Assembly: GCA_025786725.1 (NCBI GenBank)
Contig: JAHLTZ010000013.1
Location: forward strand, 558,001 to 622,000
DNA length: 64,000 nt
Direction of reading: 5' to 3'
Source of the DNA: Syncephalis fuscata S228
Lineage: Eukaryota > Fungi > Zoopagomycota
Position numbers and translations under genes: made by a program. Each line of letters starts with the position of its first letter. The stretch's first letter is position 1. Shown here in pieces: positions 31,758 to 45,369 of the stretch. The notes beneath the pieces were generated by a model, which had not been told where the DNA came from, did not search any database, and saw only the letters and a list, made by a program, of their open reading frames with translations.

Positions 31758-33743
31758 ATGTCTGCCGCTAGTCCTGCTGCCGAAAACCCATCCGCTAGTC
31801 CTGTCGTCCAGGCAGAGACAGCTCCAGCCACTGGTAATGGTGCGGCTGCTGCCACCGCTACCAATGCCAACAACGCCGATCAGCAAGGCCATACTACGGC
31901 TTCGTTGTACGTTGGTGAACTAGATCCAAGTGTCACTGAGACTATGCTTTTTGAACTGTTCAACTTTGTTGGTCCAGTGGCCAGCATTCGCGTTTGCCGT
32001 GATGCTGTTACTCGTCGCAGTCTTGGCTATGCTTATGTTAATTACCACAACCCAGATGATTGCGAGCGTGCACTTGACTCACTTAATTACACTCAAATCC
32101 GCAGCAAGCCATGCCGCATTATGTGGTCGCAGCGCGATCCATCGCTGCGTAAAACTGGTGCTGGTAACATTTTCATCAAGAATTTGGACCCAAGCATTGA
32201 TAACAAAATGCTGCATGATACATTCTCGGCCTTTGGTCGTATTCTATCCTGTAAGGTAGCTATGGACAATGGCTCATCGCGTGGCTATGGCTTTGTCCAC
32301 TACGAACTACCGGAAAGTGCCGAAAAAGCCATTAAAGCCGTTGACGGTATGCTTCTTAATGACCGCAAGGTATTTGTTGGCCACCATGTTTCACGCAAGG
32401 AACGTCAGTCGAAGATCGAAGAAGCCCGCTCCAAATTCACCAATGTATATGTGAAGAATCTAGATTTGTCGGTAACAAACGAGCAATTCGACGAGATGTT
32501 CTCTAAATTCGGTCCAGTTACATCGGCCGTTATTGCTACTGATCCAGAGACTGGTGCCAGCAAAGGCTTTGGCTTTGTTAATTTTGAAAATCATGATGAT
32601 GCACACAATGCCGTTGAAGCTATGCACGATAAGGAGATTGGCGACAAACGTCTTTATGTATCGCGTGCCCAAAAGAAGGCTGAACGCGAAGAAGAACTAC
32701 GTCGTCAGTTTGAAATGGCCAAGATTGAGAAGTTGAACAAATACCAAGGCGTGAATCTATACGTAAAGAACCTTGAGGACACTGTTGACGACGAGCAATT
32801 GCGTCAAGAGTTTACTGACTACGGCGTTATCACTAGCGCTAAGGTGATGCGCGACGAAAAGGGCGTATCTAAAGGATTTGGCTTTGTATGCTTCTCTTCT
32901 CCCGATGAGGCTACCAAGGCTGTTACCGAGATGAATGGCCATATGATTGGTATTAAGCCAATCTATGTAGCACTTGCTCAGCGTAAAGAAGTCCGCCGCA
33001 GCCAGCTTGAAGCCCAAATGGCACAGCGCAATCATATGCGCATGCAACAAGCTGCAGCACAAGGTATGCCAGGTGCTATGTACCCAGGCGCACCAGTCTA
33101 TTATCCAGCTGGTCCTGGCTTCCCTGCTGGCCGTGGTGGTATGGTATACCCACAAGGCGGTATGGTGCCACGCCCACGCTGGGCCACTGGTGGGCAACAG
33201 CCAGGTGCACCAATTACCGGCCAATATCCAGGTGTGCCACAGGGTGGCTATCCAGGCAGCCCAATGGGCCGTGGCGGTCGTCCAATGCGTGGCCGCGGTG
33301 GCGTACCCGTCCAACAGGGTCGTCCTAATGCTTCAGGTGCACCAGCTTCAGGTAATCAGCGTCCTAATGGTCCAGGTGTTACTCGTGGTGGCGCTGCGTA
33401 CAAAGGCAATGCTGGCGCACGTCCAGCTCCAGCTGCCGGCTCACCAGCCACTTCTACCGCTGCTGCACCAGCTGCCGCTGCACCAGCCAGCTCATCTAAC
33501 TTGACAGCTGCCGCTCTGGCCGCTGCTCCACCTGCTGAGCAGAAGCAAATGCTTGGTGAAGCTTTGTTCCCATTGATTGCTGAGCACCAACCAGATTTGG
33601 CTGGTAAGATTACCGGTATGTTGCTAGAGATGGACAACGGTGAACTACTCCATCTACTCGAAAGCACCGAAGCACGTACCAGCAAGATTGATGAAGCTAT
33701 TGCTGTCCTTCAGCAACATACCACTGCCGATAAATCCGCCTAA
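31758..33743 (+). CDS. PAB1: Cytoplasmic poly(A)-binding protein, intronless CDS
   Basis: Four RRMs (SLYVGELD..RRSLGYAYVNY; GNIFIKNLD; NVYVKNLD; NLYVKNL) and a C-terminal MLLE domain (KITGMLLEMDN). Confidence 0.98.
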   Translation: MSAASPAAENPSASPVVQAETAPATGNGAAAATATNANNADQQGHTTASLYVGELDPSVTETMLFELFNFVGPVASIRVCRDAVTRRSLGYAYVNYHNPDDCERALDSLNYTQIRSKPCRIMWSQRDPSLRKTGAGNIFIKNLDPSIDNKMLHDTFSAFGRILSCKVAMDNGSSRGYGFVHYELPESAEKAIKAVDGMLLNDRKVFVGHHVSRKERQSKIEEARSKFTNVYVKNLDLSVTNEQFDEMFSKFGPVTSAVIATDPETGASKGFGFVNFENHDDAHNAVEAMHDKEIGDKRLYVSRAQKKAEREEELRRQFEMAKIEKLNKYQGVNLYVKNLEDTVDDEQLRQEFTDYGVITSAKVMRDEKGVSKGFGFVCFSSPDEATKAVTEMNGHMIGIKPIYVALAQRKEVRRSQLEAQMAQRNHMRMQQAAAQGMPGAMYPGAPVYYPAGPGFPAGRGGMVYPQGGMVPRPRWATGGQQPGAPITGQYPGVPQGGYPGSPMGRGGRPMRGRGGVPVQQGRPNASGAPASGNQRPNGPGVTRGGAAYKGNAGARPAPAAGSPATSTAAAPAAAAPASSSNLTAAALAAAPPAEQKQMLGEALFPLIAEHQPDLAGKITGMLLEMDNGELLHLLESTEARTSKIDEAIAVLQQHTTADKSA

Positions 33744-34492
33744 ATTGTTTAGCAGCCATGATAACGACACAATGCCTGTCTACACAAACACATATAAGAA
33801 AGAGTGAGATTTTGAAGCAATATATGTGTCATTGTTTGTCCGCCTGCCTGCCTTTTTGCTACTTGTAGTAGTAACAACAACAACAACAGCAGCTTAAGGT
33901 AGAGCAGGTACGACAGCCATAGCGACATTTGTGTCTTTCATGTGTGTGTGTGTATGTGTGCTTGTGTGTATATGTGTTTGTATCTGTCTATTCAACAGTC
34001 ATTACTATTACATAACATTATCCAATAGCATTTGGAACAAGTATCGTATAATTACATACTGTTTATTAATAGTATCATTTGTTGTGATATGGACATATTC
34101 AACTCATTCCTTCTAGTATTCACACCTAGTAGTATTATTAATTCATCCATCTACTCATTCAGTTTCCTACTTGTCATTCACCATTACCATCACATCACTA
34201 TTACCGCAACAACATCATCACATCATCAACATCATCATCACATTATTATACGCATTCTCACATCATATAACATCGCTATTTCCAATCTAATCAATGTGTT
34301 TAAGTTACATAGTGTATATAGTGTATATAGTGTTTATTCAGTGTTGTTTAAAGAAAGAGGGGATATAGTAGGTGCACTGCGAGTACAACGAGAGAGAGTC
34401 GTTGTTATTCAATTTTGTGTTAACTTGATGGATCCAGTACGCATATATCCTCAAGTTAAAGCGGTGAGATGAATATAATCAAAATAGTCAAA

Positions 34493-36758
34493 CTATTTAG
34501 CATTTTCAACTGTGTTTTTAACTGTAATAATTTCAATGGATCCGCCGCTATTAGAATTAATAGCATTTGATATGTCTTCTTCATTGTCCTCGGCTACACC
34601 ATGAGTGAATGTATGCGTTTCTTCAATATAGCTGGTGCCAGATCGCATACTACGCCGTGTCGCTATACTGTGCTGCGATAGATGTGATTGCCGTCGGAGT
34701 AGTTCTCTTGAACGTCGGCCAGCTGCACCGGCACTCGGATTACTATTGGTTTGTTCGGCCATTTCAGACGTGGCAACGAGTTCTTCATTGAACGATTCTG
34801 GTAGGCAGACCGAGTTTGGTCGACTGATTGTTATTTCGGTCGTATTATCCGTGCGACGAATAATGATCTCTTGGCCAGGTCGGATAAGTGGTAGACGTTG
34901 GACCAAATGAGCAATAGCCGCAGGATTGGTAAGTGTTCTGGTTAGATTGCTGGTCGATAGCTGGAATACCGGCACAGTAATACCGTGGACCACTACCGAT
35001 GCTAGCACAATAAATGACACGACCGGGAAGAGCAGATTGCGCGCATTGCCTTGGTAGTCGTCTTTATCCATCTCTTCTATGGCCAGCATGGCAAAGAAGA
35101 GTGCACCGACACCCATAGGACCGAACCAACCGGCAAATGCTGCTTCACGCCACGTTCTTAGTGTTGGTATAAACCATTGAAGCATAAGTACGGCCGGTAA
35201 TCGCCGGAACAATAGAATAAGGATGGAAATAACCACTAGACGCCAGATAGATAGCTGGTCATGGGCTGTCTGGAATGACGGCCATGGAATAATGGCTCCA
35301 AAGTAAACAAAGAATGACAAGTTGAACAGCATATCGACTACTTCTTGTAAATGGGCTTCTTGAGTCTCTGATCGGAACCAGTCACTAAAGAGTAACAACA
35401 TTAATAACATGTTAACAATAATAGAGATCAACTTACTCCCATGTGAATGAGTTACTAGCAACAAATACGGCAAATAGATCATCGCTACCAATAATATAAA
35501 CGCTACCCATAATAAACATCTAAATAAATAGTTAAATGGCTGTTTGATATACTAACTAGTGATTACTTACAGTAAGCGCAAAGGAAAATGCCAAAAACGA
35601 CTCTTTATCAATCAACTCGCGGCTCTGAGCAAAGTACAGTAGCTTTCGAGCAATATAGCCAACAGCTATACCAATAGCCAAGGAAAGTACAATTTGGTAG
35701 AGTACAATTTCATAGACCCATTTACCAACTGCTTCTCCCGGACTTGCATATCGGATAAGGTAAATAGCAAAGAATAAATAAGGAAAACCGAGGCCTAATT
35801 AAAAGTTAATAAACTTAATGGCGCGTATCTATTAATCATTACCATCATTGGCACCACTATAATAAAATATGGTTAGAATCAATTAAATCAAATAGTAATT
35901 TAAATGTTAATTACCTTTCAGCTGAAATGATATTTCGTACATGATCAGGTACATATTGATCAGCAAAACGACCTTTAACAACCGAGTTAGCCAATACCTA
36001 ATAAACATAATGGTAGACATGGATTGTAAGCAAGCGAATCAATTAGTAATTAATACCATCAATGTTATATAATATAAACCAACTTACTGGGTCAGTAGGT
36101 GTAATACAGGCAGCAATCATTAATGCCTCCACCTATACATTGTTGAAATAATAATAATAAAAGTTAGCACTATAGTTATTCATAACTGTTATTAAACTTA
36201 CAAAAGTGAGGGGTAAAAATGCGTAAATAAATGCTGCACCGACAAGCCACATGATAAGCATGACGGGAAATAAAAGCGTAAACAGGGAACGCCACTCTTT
36301 AACAATATAGGCCCTTAATTACCAAGGTTAATTAATAGCATGAATGACACTGTATCAATGACTTACTTGGGTAATGAAATACCGGCTGCCGCGACCTAAT
36401 TACCATTTTCAATTAATTAATTAATTAGATTACTTTCTGTAAATCGTTTTACTCACCGACAGTGCTATCACAATACGTGAGTATTCTCGAGTAATAGTGT
36501 CTGTATCTCCCCATTGTTCTATGTGAACTACTCCGCTTACAGAGGGCCCTATAATGATACCAAAGATGGTAGCCACCACTAGATATACAGTAGATTAGTG
36601 CTATGGTTAAAAACATCTATTTCATCTATATCACACTTACATGCTTCTGATAAATAGAGCCATTCTTTAATAGGCATAGAAATTAGCCCAAAGATTAGAA
36701 TAAATAGGCCGAGAACGGCGAATACAACCGACACGGTCTCAAGATGAATAGCCACCAT
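34493..36758 (-). CDS. NHA1: Na+(K+)/H+ antiporter, CPA1 fungal type, about 10 exons
   Basis: IKEWLYLSEA, ITPTDP, AES|GANDG (includes a 14-nt exon at 35843-35856), FRRLP and AFAGWFGPMGVGA. Confidence 0.92.
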
Positions 36759-39120
36759 AATGTTAAATTATCAATGAAAATGCACGACAATAACAGTAAT
36801 TTTGATGAAAAGCCAAACAATGATGGTAAATGGTAATTTGCTTGACAAATCAATACCAAGATACAAAACAAGTAAATGGTAGATCAAATGATGAGAACAA
36901 ATAGAGTAGTTGCAGTGAATAGAAATGCGCAGCCACAGTACCAATCCTATATCTCGGTACCGGATACAATGCAATGGTGAATAGATGGAAAGATGTAGTG
37001 CGGTGGTTAGTGAAGCGAGTGAGCAAGCAAGCAGCTCAACGGAAACCCGGATTGTTGTACACCTTAAGCTTGATAAAGCGACCCCAACCGTTTGACAGAG
37101 GTTGATAGTATGTTAACAAACAGACGAGCATAGACTTGGACCATTCAATGGGAATGCAGCATACGAGTCGATATGGCACGTGAAATACGATACAAGTCTG
37201 TAGAATGAAACAGTATCTGGATGCGAGCCAAAGAGTACTAGCCAGCTATTTAATAGACGAAACAAATATAAGCACTCTATTTTTAAAACAAAAATAGTTG
37301 TAGTAGTGGAATGGATAGTAGTAGAAGCGATAGAGGCGTTGATAGTAGCAAACTAATCAGTTTAACAGCACGCGAGCGGTGTATTCTAGCGGCCTGACTA
37401 GAATAGCAATTAACCAGATATTGCAATGCAATAAAACGAATAAAGAGCGAGAGAAATGAAATAAAAAGTAATAGAGGCGGCTGTGGCTTTTGTATCTAAA
37501 ACCAAGTTGAATAAATGAATAGGCGTGTATCAAATGTATTAGAAGTGGTGATAGATGTAGAAGAAGAAGTAACAATGTAGCGCAGTGATGGTTGGTTCAT
37601 GGAGAAGAATATACAGGTACACTGCAGCTCACGTGGTTAAAACGAACCACTGTTTCACGTGTATAATAAGGCGCCAATGAGATTAGCACAGTGCTTGTAG
37701 TTAGTTAGTTGGAAAGTGCGCGATAAACCCCTCAATGTTTTAAGGGGAGTGATGTTAAAGGAGAGAAAGAGAAAAGACCTTGATAGTCGACTTACCGGGT
37801 GGAACAGGCACAGCAGTAGCTGAAGTACTGGTGGTAGCAGCGCGGTAGTCACGACAGTAAACACACACACACGCAACAGTGGGATTTGTAGTAGTGTAGG
37901 AATCTGTTGTAGATGATGTGGTAATGAAAGGCTTGGCGGCCAACAAGTAATATGCTAATGGTAGGATGTGACCGCGGGACGGCATAACACGGTGGACAGC
38001 CAGTAGTTAGTTGTAATGAAAACCCGACAAAAAAACGCTTGGTCAACTGATTCGTCGGCTATTGTTTGATGCTAGCGGAGTAGACAAAGGGTGTGTACAA
38101 CAAGTGATGACTGATAACATTGGAATATAAATATCTGATGCTAGACTTTTAAAGCAGACAAAAAGAACCGTAACGCTGGTGCTACAAAGGCCCTCAATCA
38201 TAGCAAAAGCAGCAATACATTCGTGTCCTTTGGGCCATTTGTAGGCTACACAAACATGCTGACGCCACCAATATAGCAAAGGCACGCTGCTATTACCAAG
38301 TTTGTCATAATCACGTTGAATCCAAAGTTACAAGAATGTGTAGTGGCATTCTGTCTATTAATAAATATGGATAGATAGCGTGCAGGCCATGATCGATGGC
38401 AGTTGCAAAGTTTATAGTCGCTGTACACTGTGTCATGGTTGTACGAGAGAGCGAGAGTGTGTGCGATAAAGAGAGAGGCATTGGCATACTACAAAGGTGT
38501 AGAAGATGAGACGTTGAGTATCATATGCATTAATGACGTCAATAATGCGCAGGCAGTATTTACTAGATGCAAGGCAGCTTAACGGTAGGATCGGCGGCGT
38601 GTTAAAAATAAATAGAATGGTGCAGATTAATGAGTTGATATGCAGTGTCTATCCGTTGAAGGGATGTTAATGATGACGTATAATAATTAGTATTAGTGCG
38701 TGTGTGTGTTGGCATCCAAAGCATAATGCGGCTTCATTAATATAGCTGCAGATGTTTATTTTTGTTATCTATTATTCTTATTACGCATAATATTTTACTA
38801 ACGACATGTTCTATAATTATGCTTGATTTTATACGATTGGTTTCTATTTTTGTTTTGTTCCATTACTTGAACAACTCTTTCATCCATACTTAGTTTGTTC
38901 ATAATCCTTATATGTACAATGCCATTCAGTTTATGACTTGTATTATCATTTCATTTATTAATTGAATAAAGATAGCCGTTCTTTGCAAGTATTAAACAAT
39001 TTATTAACCATTTAGTGTGATTTAGGGCAAATGACTAAGCCTGATAAGATTTACGCAGTTGAACATAATGGTGGATGATGAGTTTTGTTAAATAATCACG
39101 TCATCTCATTTATTGCTTTT

Positions 39121-39860
39121 TTTGGGGGACAAATGACTAGCATCTAATAACACCCAATCTATTAAACATGATGTTGGGTGGTGAGTGACATCGGTCATCA
39201 AATACTCATCATTGTAGATTCGTTATCCAGTATGTATGTATCCTCTATTCATGTATACCATTGCCATTCTACCTCATACCAATATGTATCATTCTACGAT
39301 ATATTATACACATTTTATTATTTATATGCGACAATATACTTTGCTCATTCCACTCATTCCACTATACACACTGTAGCTTTGACACCGCTTTTTATTATTT
39401 TTACCGTATATTTATTACTTTATGTAATATTTTATAATTGCCCACCCTTCCTCTATCCCAAATCATCTTTGTTTTTGTTCTAGCTTAATTATTAACAAAA
39501 TTAAATTGTTTGCTCATGTACATACGCGCCGTGTAACCGTCTGCTAGACAAACCTGCAATTGTCAATTAGCAATGGCTTTGGTGTTGATCAAGCAAAACA
39601 ATGCGTATCCACAGTAATGGCAAAGTCAGCCGGAAATAACGAAATGGATTGATGGGTAGGCAAATAGAAAATAAAACTATAAACAAAACAGCGTAAACAG
39701 CAATAGCACAGTATTGCGATAATGGTATATGCATACTGGATATTAAATCTACGATGATGAGTATTTGATGATTGATGTCGTTCATCGCCCACCATCATGT
39801 TCAATAGAACGAATGTTTAATTTAAATGTGTAAATAATCAATTTAGTTATTTGATCCCAA
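39121..39860. mobile_element. MITE-like element with imperfect inverted ends
   Basis: ~39160-39240 (catgatgttgggtggtgagtgacatcggtcatcaaatactcatcattgtagatt) is inverted at ~39730-39806. The same module occurs at ~8780-8865 (rc) and ~51420-51520. Confidence 0.55.
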
Positions 39861-40357
39861 ACTATTCTAAATTATTAATGAATTGTTTAATATTCTGTAG
39901 TAAATAATATAAATAAATTACTGATAGTCTTGTTAAAATGAGCAGTATTAATGGAGCAGTACTAAATGCAACTAACTGCAATATGTCTATTTGCTTTTGA
40001 TTTAACTCAATAAAAAACTAAATAGGATATATGATAACATATTTTAACTATTCTATTTGGAGTAAAATAATAAACATATTATTAATGTTACACTAGCCTT
40101 GAATGGTTGTTTTAATTAGTAAATTGTATTGATTCAATCAGAGTCGATTGAATTAATCTGAATTAATTTGCGATTGAAGTCGTCACCACTGCCCACTTTA
40201 TTTGTCCTAAAGAACTTACAGCTCTGTTACTATTACTATTATCGCCACCACCACAATTATAACCACTACTTTGTTATCGTCATTAGCGCACATTGGCGTG
40301 CTTTCTATTTACAGATAAACAAGCATATTAAACTTATTAACCAACCACTCAAACAGC

Positions 40358-42669
40358 ATGTCTTTGCGGAAAGGCGCTGTCATTGGCGTTATAGCCATTG
40401 CATCGCTGCTGGTCAATCCGCCAGTTGACGTGTGCGCAGACAAGCACAAGGCGAGTGACCAACCACGCGGTGTATCAAAGTCAAGTAAGTTAATAGCACC
40501 TACTGTACTGCACTGTATTAATAAATGGCTGACGTATTGTTTTATTTATAGAGGCGGCATTGTATGTAGCCAAAGACGGCATGTTCGCTTGCTTAGATGG
40601 TTCGCAAATCATTCCGTTTGAGCGTGTCAACGACGACTATTGCGATTGCTCGGATGGCAGTGACGAGCCAGGTATAACTACTAGCTATAATATTAAATAA
40701 ATAAACAAAGCTACTAACATTAATTATTATAGGCACTGCCGCTTGTCCTAACGGCGTATTTCATTGTGCAAATCGCTGGCATCGTCCGGCGAATATCCCA
40801 TCATCGCGTGTTAATGATGGCCTTTGTGGTAAGTAGTAGGTGTGTGTATATATGTGAATACGTGTATACGTGTGTGTGTGTGTGTTGGCTTAAATAACAT
40901 ACTAATGGCCATATTGTGTAACTATTTAGATCCACGATGCTGTGACGGTAGCGATGAATACGACGGCAAGGTACAATGTCCAAATCGCTGTAAGGAAATT
41001 GGTGCGGCTGAAAGGGAGAGCCGTAAACAGCTCAATGCTGTTAAACATGAAGTAAGTGATGTGTATATGTATTTAGTAAATACTTAGCGATATATAGGGA
41101 GGTAGAAAGCGATTAGAATACATAGCTATTGGCACGACCGCCAAGGAAGAAAGAGAGCAGAAGTTGGCCAATTTAAGACGCGAAGAATTAGAGTTAAGGG
41201 CACAGCTTGAAGAATTAAGTGGTAGGTTATTTTAATTAATTATTAATAAGAAAATACTATATGGTTAATATAAATGATCAAATAGCGGCCAAGGAACGTG
41301 TAGAAGCAGTAGAACAAGCTGAATCTGAGACACCACAAGCAAGACGTCTACAAAGTAAGTATAGCATGTATGCATTTATAGTATATTACTTTATTTACGC
41401 CCATCATAGCTTGCAAAGATCATAATGCAGATTTGGAAAGGAAGATTGATACTGCCCGTGGCCGTCTATCAATTCTACGCGGCGATATTGACAATTTGTT
41501 AAATATTCTAAAGGATATGAAGGAGAATCATAATCAAAACTATCACGATATGGCAGTCACTCATGCCATTTCAGCCTATGATGCACTTGAGAACCAGCGA
41601 GCTGCACGCTATGAACCCAATAACGACAACGATCTAGCTGTATCAACGGATAATACATGGATCGGTGATGGTAAATCAAATGCTATTAAATTGAGTAAAT
41701 ATTAATGATGTATTTAATAGAATATACCGATACGATACCGACCTCTTCAGATGTTGTATCATCAGTATGGGATACGGTAAAGAGTTGGGTTGGCTTGTAT
41801 TCACCGTCAGTTGATGAAATTCTACGTGGTGTACATAATGGACAGTATCCAGGTAAGCTATTCTATAACACTTACTAGTAATACATGTAATTGATTGTAA
41901 TTATTGTGTTAGATGGAGACGCATTGCGTAGTGCTTACAATACAGCGAGGCTCGTAAATCTGATGTGGAACGTGATATACGCTCTTTGGAGAATAAAGAG
42001 TCGGTTGATTATGCTCCTGATCAGCGATTTGCCTCTCTAGATGGCAAATGCTATACATTAGATGTTCACGAGTAAGTGTTATTGTCATGGTGTAGTGTAT
42101 GACATACTAATTAATGTATTAGATATACATACGAAGTCTGTATGTTTGATAACGTTCGTCAAAAGAAACAAGGAGAATACAGTGATACTGATCTTGGGTA
42201 ATTAGATCAACAGTAACAACTGTATTAGTAATTAATAACTAATGGTTTATTCGTTAATTTGCATGTATTTAATGTGTATAGACGATTCCGTGGATGGGAT
42301 TTATCGGCACCACCAAATGACAGTGAAGCCAAGTATCGTGTAATGCGATTTGAAGAGGGACTGCAATGCTGGGATGGGCCTCAACGATCTGTTAAGGTAA
42401 ATAGCTACTATTAAACAATTGATCGCCAAGTTACTAATGCACGTTATTACTATTGTATTACTATTTATTTATAGGTTGAGTTGACGTGTGGCATTGAAGA
42501 AAAACTATTATCGGTTGAAGAGCCAGAAAAGTGTGTTTATTTGATGAAGATGACCACACCAGCTGTATGTCCACTGCCTACTGATACTGATGAAAATGCC
42601 GACACAAAAGATGATGGTGATTCATATGAGAATGGTTCGTTTAAAGATGACATTCGAGACGAGCTTTAA
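40358..42669 (+). CDS. GTB1: Glucosidase II beta subunit (PRKCSH), multi-exon
   Basis: Signal peptide; [20 protein letters not shown]; [16 protein letters not shown]; MRH domain ([21 protein letters not shown]); C-terminal RDEL ER-retention signal. Frameshift near 41948. Confidence 0.93.
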
Positions 42670-43015
42670 ATAGTATATATATATATACATGTGTATATAC
42701 ATATATAATTACATATCTATTATTCGGTCATGTTGATGGCAATAGTAAACATCGTTCAATGATTAAAACTATTGATATTTGTTGTTGTTAAATACAGTTA
42801 TTACATGTTTAAATTATGTTAATGCTTGTCATTCATATATCGTTGATAAACAACATAGTCAGAGATATTTATTTATGGTAGACAAATGCGAAAATTGAAA
42901 GAAAACTGAATTGCTACCTATCACTGGCACATATTGTTTAAGCGAGAAAAAAGAAAGGTCAATGGCGAGGTATATTTGAGTGTGTGTATTTGTATGTCTG
43001 TCTTGAACCAGCCTA

Positions 43016-44517
43016 TTACTCTTCTTGTGCTGGGCGCTGCTTCAATACGAGGTCGGTGCCAGTAACGCGCTTGTAAATGTTTTTGACATCATCACAGACG
43101 GTGGCAAAGTGGCTAGTAGCATCATAGGACTTGCTAATAAACACGTTGTCCTTGGTACCATCTTCAAGTGGCTCTTCCAAGTCGCTAACGGTAACAAACT
43201 TGTCTTCAATCTTGCCAAGTAGTTCAAGAGCTGGAGCAATCTCTTGTTCTGGTCGGTCCGTTTCGGCAATGGTGGAGATGGTGGCGAGATAGTAGCCGCC
43301 AAGTGCTACATTCTGAGCGGAAGACACAGAGGCAATGTAAATATCGTGCTTGCGGTTAAGCTGATCTTGTGGAATAATGATCTGAGAAGAGTCGCAGTCA
43401 TTCGTGTTGGGAATTGGATGACGTAGCAAGCAGATGCAACGCACAATGCGGCCAGTCTTGCGGGTCTTGCCTTCAAAGTAGCTTGGATCGCCGATAATTT
43501 GTGTAGCCTTGGCTACTTCATCACCGGAACGAATGCCAGTGAACTTGCCTTCAGCATCGTAGATAACCTCATCGACCTTCTTGTCAAGCATATAGGTGCC
43601 GCCATAGATAGCCGATAGACGGGCAAATCCTTGTGGCAATTCACCTAAGCCATACAATGGATAAATGTATGGGCTCTTGCCAAATCGGTTCATAGACGTG
43701 ACGTAAAGAACAAGACGCTTTTGCACTTCGATGGCTGGCTGTTCCAAGTAGTCATCGTTCAAGTAAAGAGCCATAGCATGGCCGACAAAGCCTTGAGTGG
43801 CCTTTTCAAGACCAAAATGGGCATAGACATCCTTCATTAGCGTCTTAGTAAGATCCATATCTATTTAACTATGTTATTAGTGCATTCATCTAGATGATCG
43901 TTACTAATACTTACTCTTATGGGTGGCTGGGTCATCTTGGTTGTATTGGCTGGCGTATTCAAGGAACTTTTGCAGACGGCGCTTCTCAAACATGCCTACC
44001 AATGGACTGCTTAATGCCTCAGCACCAGTGCTAGGAACCTTAGAGAGAACCTTATTAGCGTAGACATAGCTGCCGGCAATTTGCTTGAATTCTAGATAGC
44101 GGGTAACATCTGTATGCGTCAATACTTTGACCAATTCGCCGCTGGCCATCATAAACTTGGGAATAAGGTCGACGTTCCATTCACGGTCAGCACCTAGAGC
44201 ACTGGGTGGTGCTTCACCATCGCGGAATTTGCCAAAGAGCTGTTATTAGGCAAGATTAGTACACCAAGCTGCTATTACGCGTATCAATGCGCGTACTTAC
44301 CTTGGTCAAGTTAAGCGATGTACTTTCGCCGCCGTAGTAGTCGTTGCGATCGACGTGTAGCACTTTCTTGCCATCAACCGACAACAATCCAGAAAGGATG
44401 CATTCGGTAAGGCCGGTACCAACAATAATAACATCGTATGTCTCATCCTATATGCATACAAGTACAATGACACATCAGCAAGTGTTACGACATAGCAGAT
44501 AGTCTAGCACTTACCAT
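43016..44517 (-). CDS. GDI1: Rab GDP-dissociation inhibitor; first coding exon is the ATG alone
   Basis: M|[84 protein letters not shown]. Confidence 0.97.
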
Positions 44518-45369
44518 GGCTGGAGTAGTAGTTAGTGATGGTTGTATGGAGTATAGATGTAGATAAACAGCACGGCTAGTAGTTAGCGGAGCGTACGAGA
44601 GTAAGTAAGTGAGTGTAGAGGAAAAGGCAGTAGTTGGTTAACAGAACAAGTGGCGACGAGGACAAATGATGAGGAGAATAAAAGCACCACGATAAGGCTG
44701 ACGCAGACCTCTCTAGTTATCCAGTTTTGGGGAAGGCACCACCTCATTAATGCTGTGCTGTACTATTCTTTCCTTGTGTGCTGTGTGGCAGTGTGGCCGT
44801 ATGCGGTCCGACCAGCAAATGGATCATGGAATGGTGGTGGTGTGCTGTACACGTCAGTCAGTTACTGAGCATTCATTCACACTGCCATCTATCATGTGCA
44901 CATTAAGCCACGCGCTAATATCACCACGCATCGGCAGCATGTACATTAAGCTAGAAAGCAAGTTAGCGACGCATGTTAGTGGCCTACCGATGACTTCCCT
45001 GGTCAATTTTGGTATTTTCACGTTGCATACGCGCACGCGCCCACACGACTCGGCCTTGGGCGTCGTGCGATATATGGACGATGAATTAAGGGACCATGTG
45101 CATGCACATACGTGCAATTTAGTCGACCGGCCTGTTTGAACGAACTCTGTTAGTGGTAGTATCTCTGCTTCAGCTCTACTTTACAACCTAACCTGAATTG
45201 AACTAAATATAGATAGACAGACAGATGGACAGATATACTTGTTACGACTGTCTATAGATGTATCAATCTGTGTGTGTGTATTAATCTTTGTGTGTAATAT
45301 CCTCTTATTTGCATACTCTCTTTTTCAATCTTCATCTTTGATTCTTATTGCCACTACTGATTTGACAGC

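Noticed and set aside
32757-33685. Long antisense and alternate-frame ORFs over PAB1 (similar ones over DBP7, GDI1 and the phosphate transporter)
   Set aside because: These are shadow ORFs expected from codon bias of the real genes.
37177-37661. CACGTG E-boxes upstream of NHA1 (37177, 37630, 37656) and one upstream of the phosphate transporter (53133)
   Set aside because: These could be Pho4/Cbf1-type sites, but 6-mers alone cannot be told from chance without conservation data.
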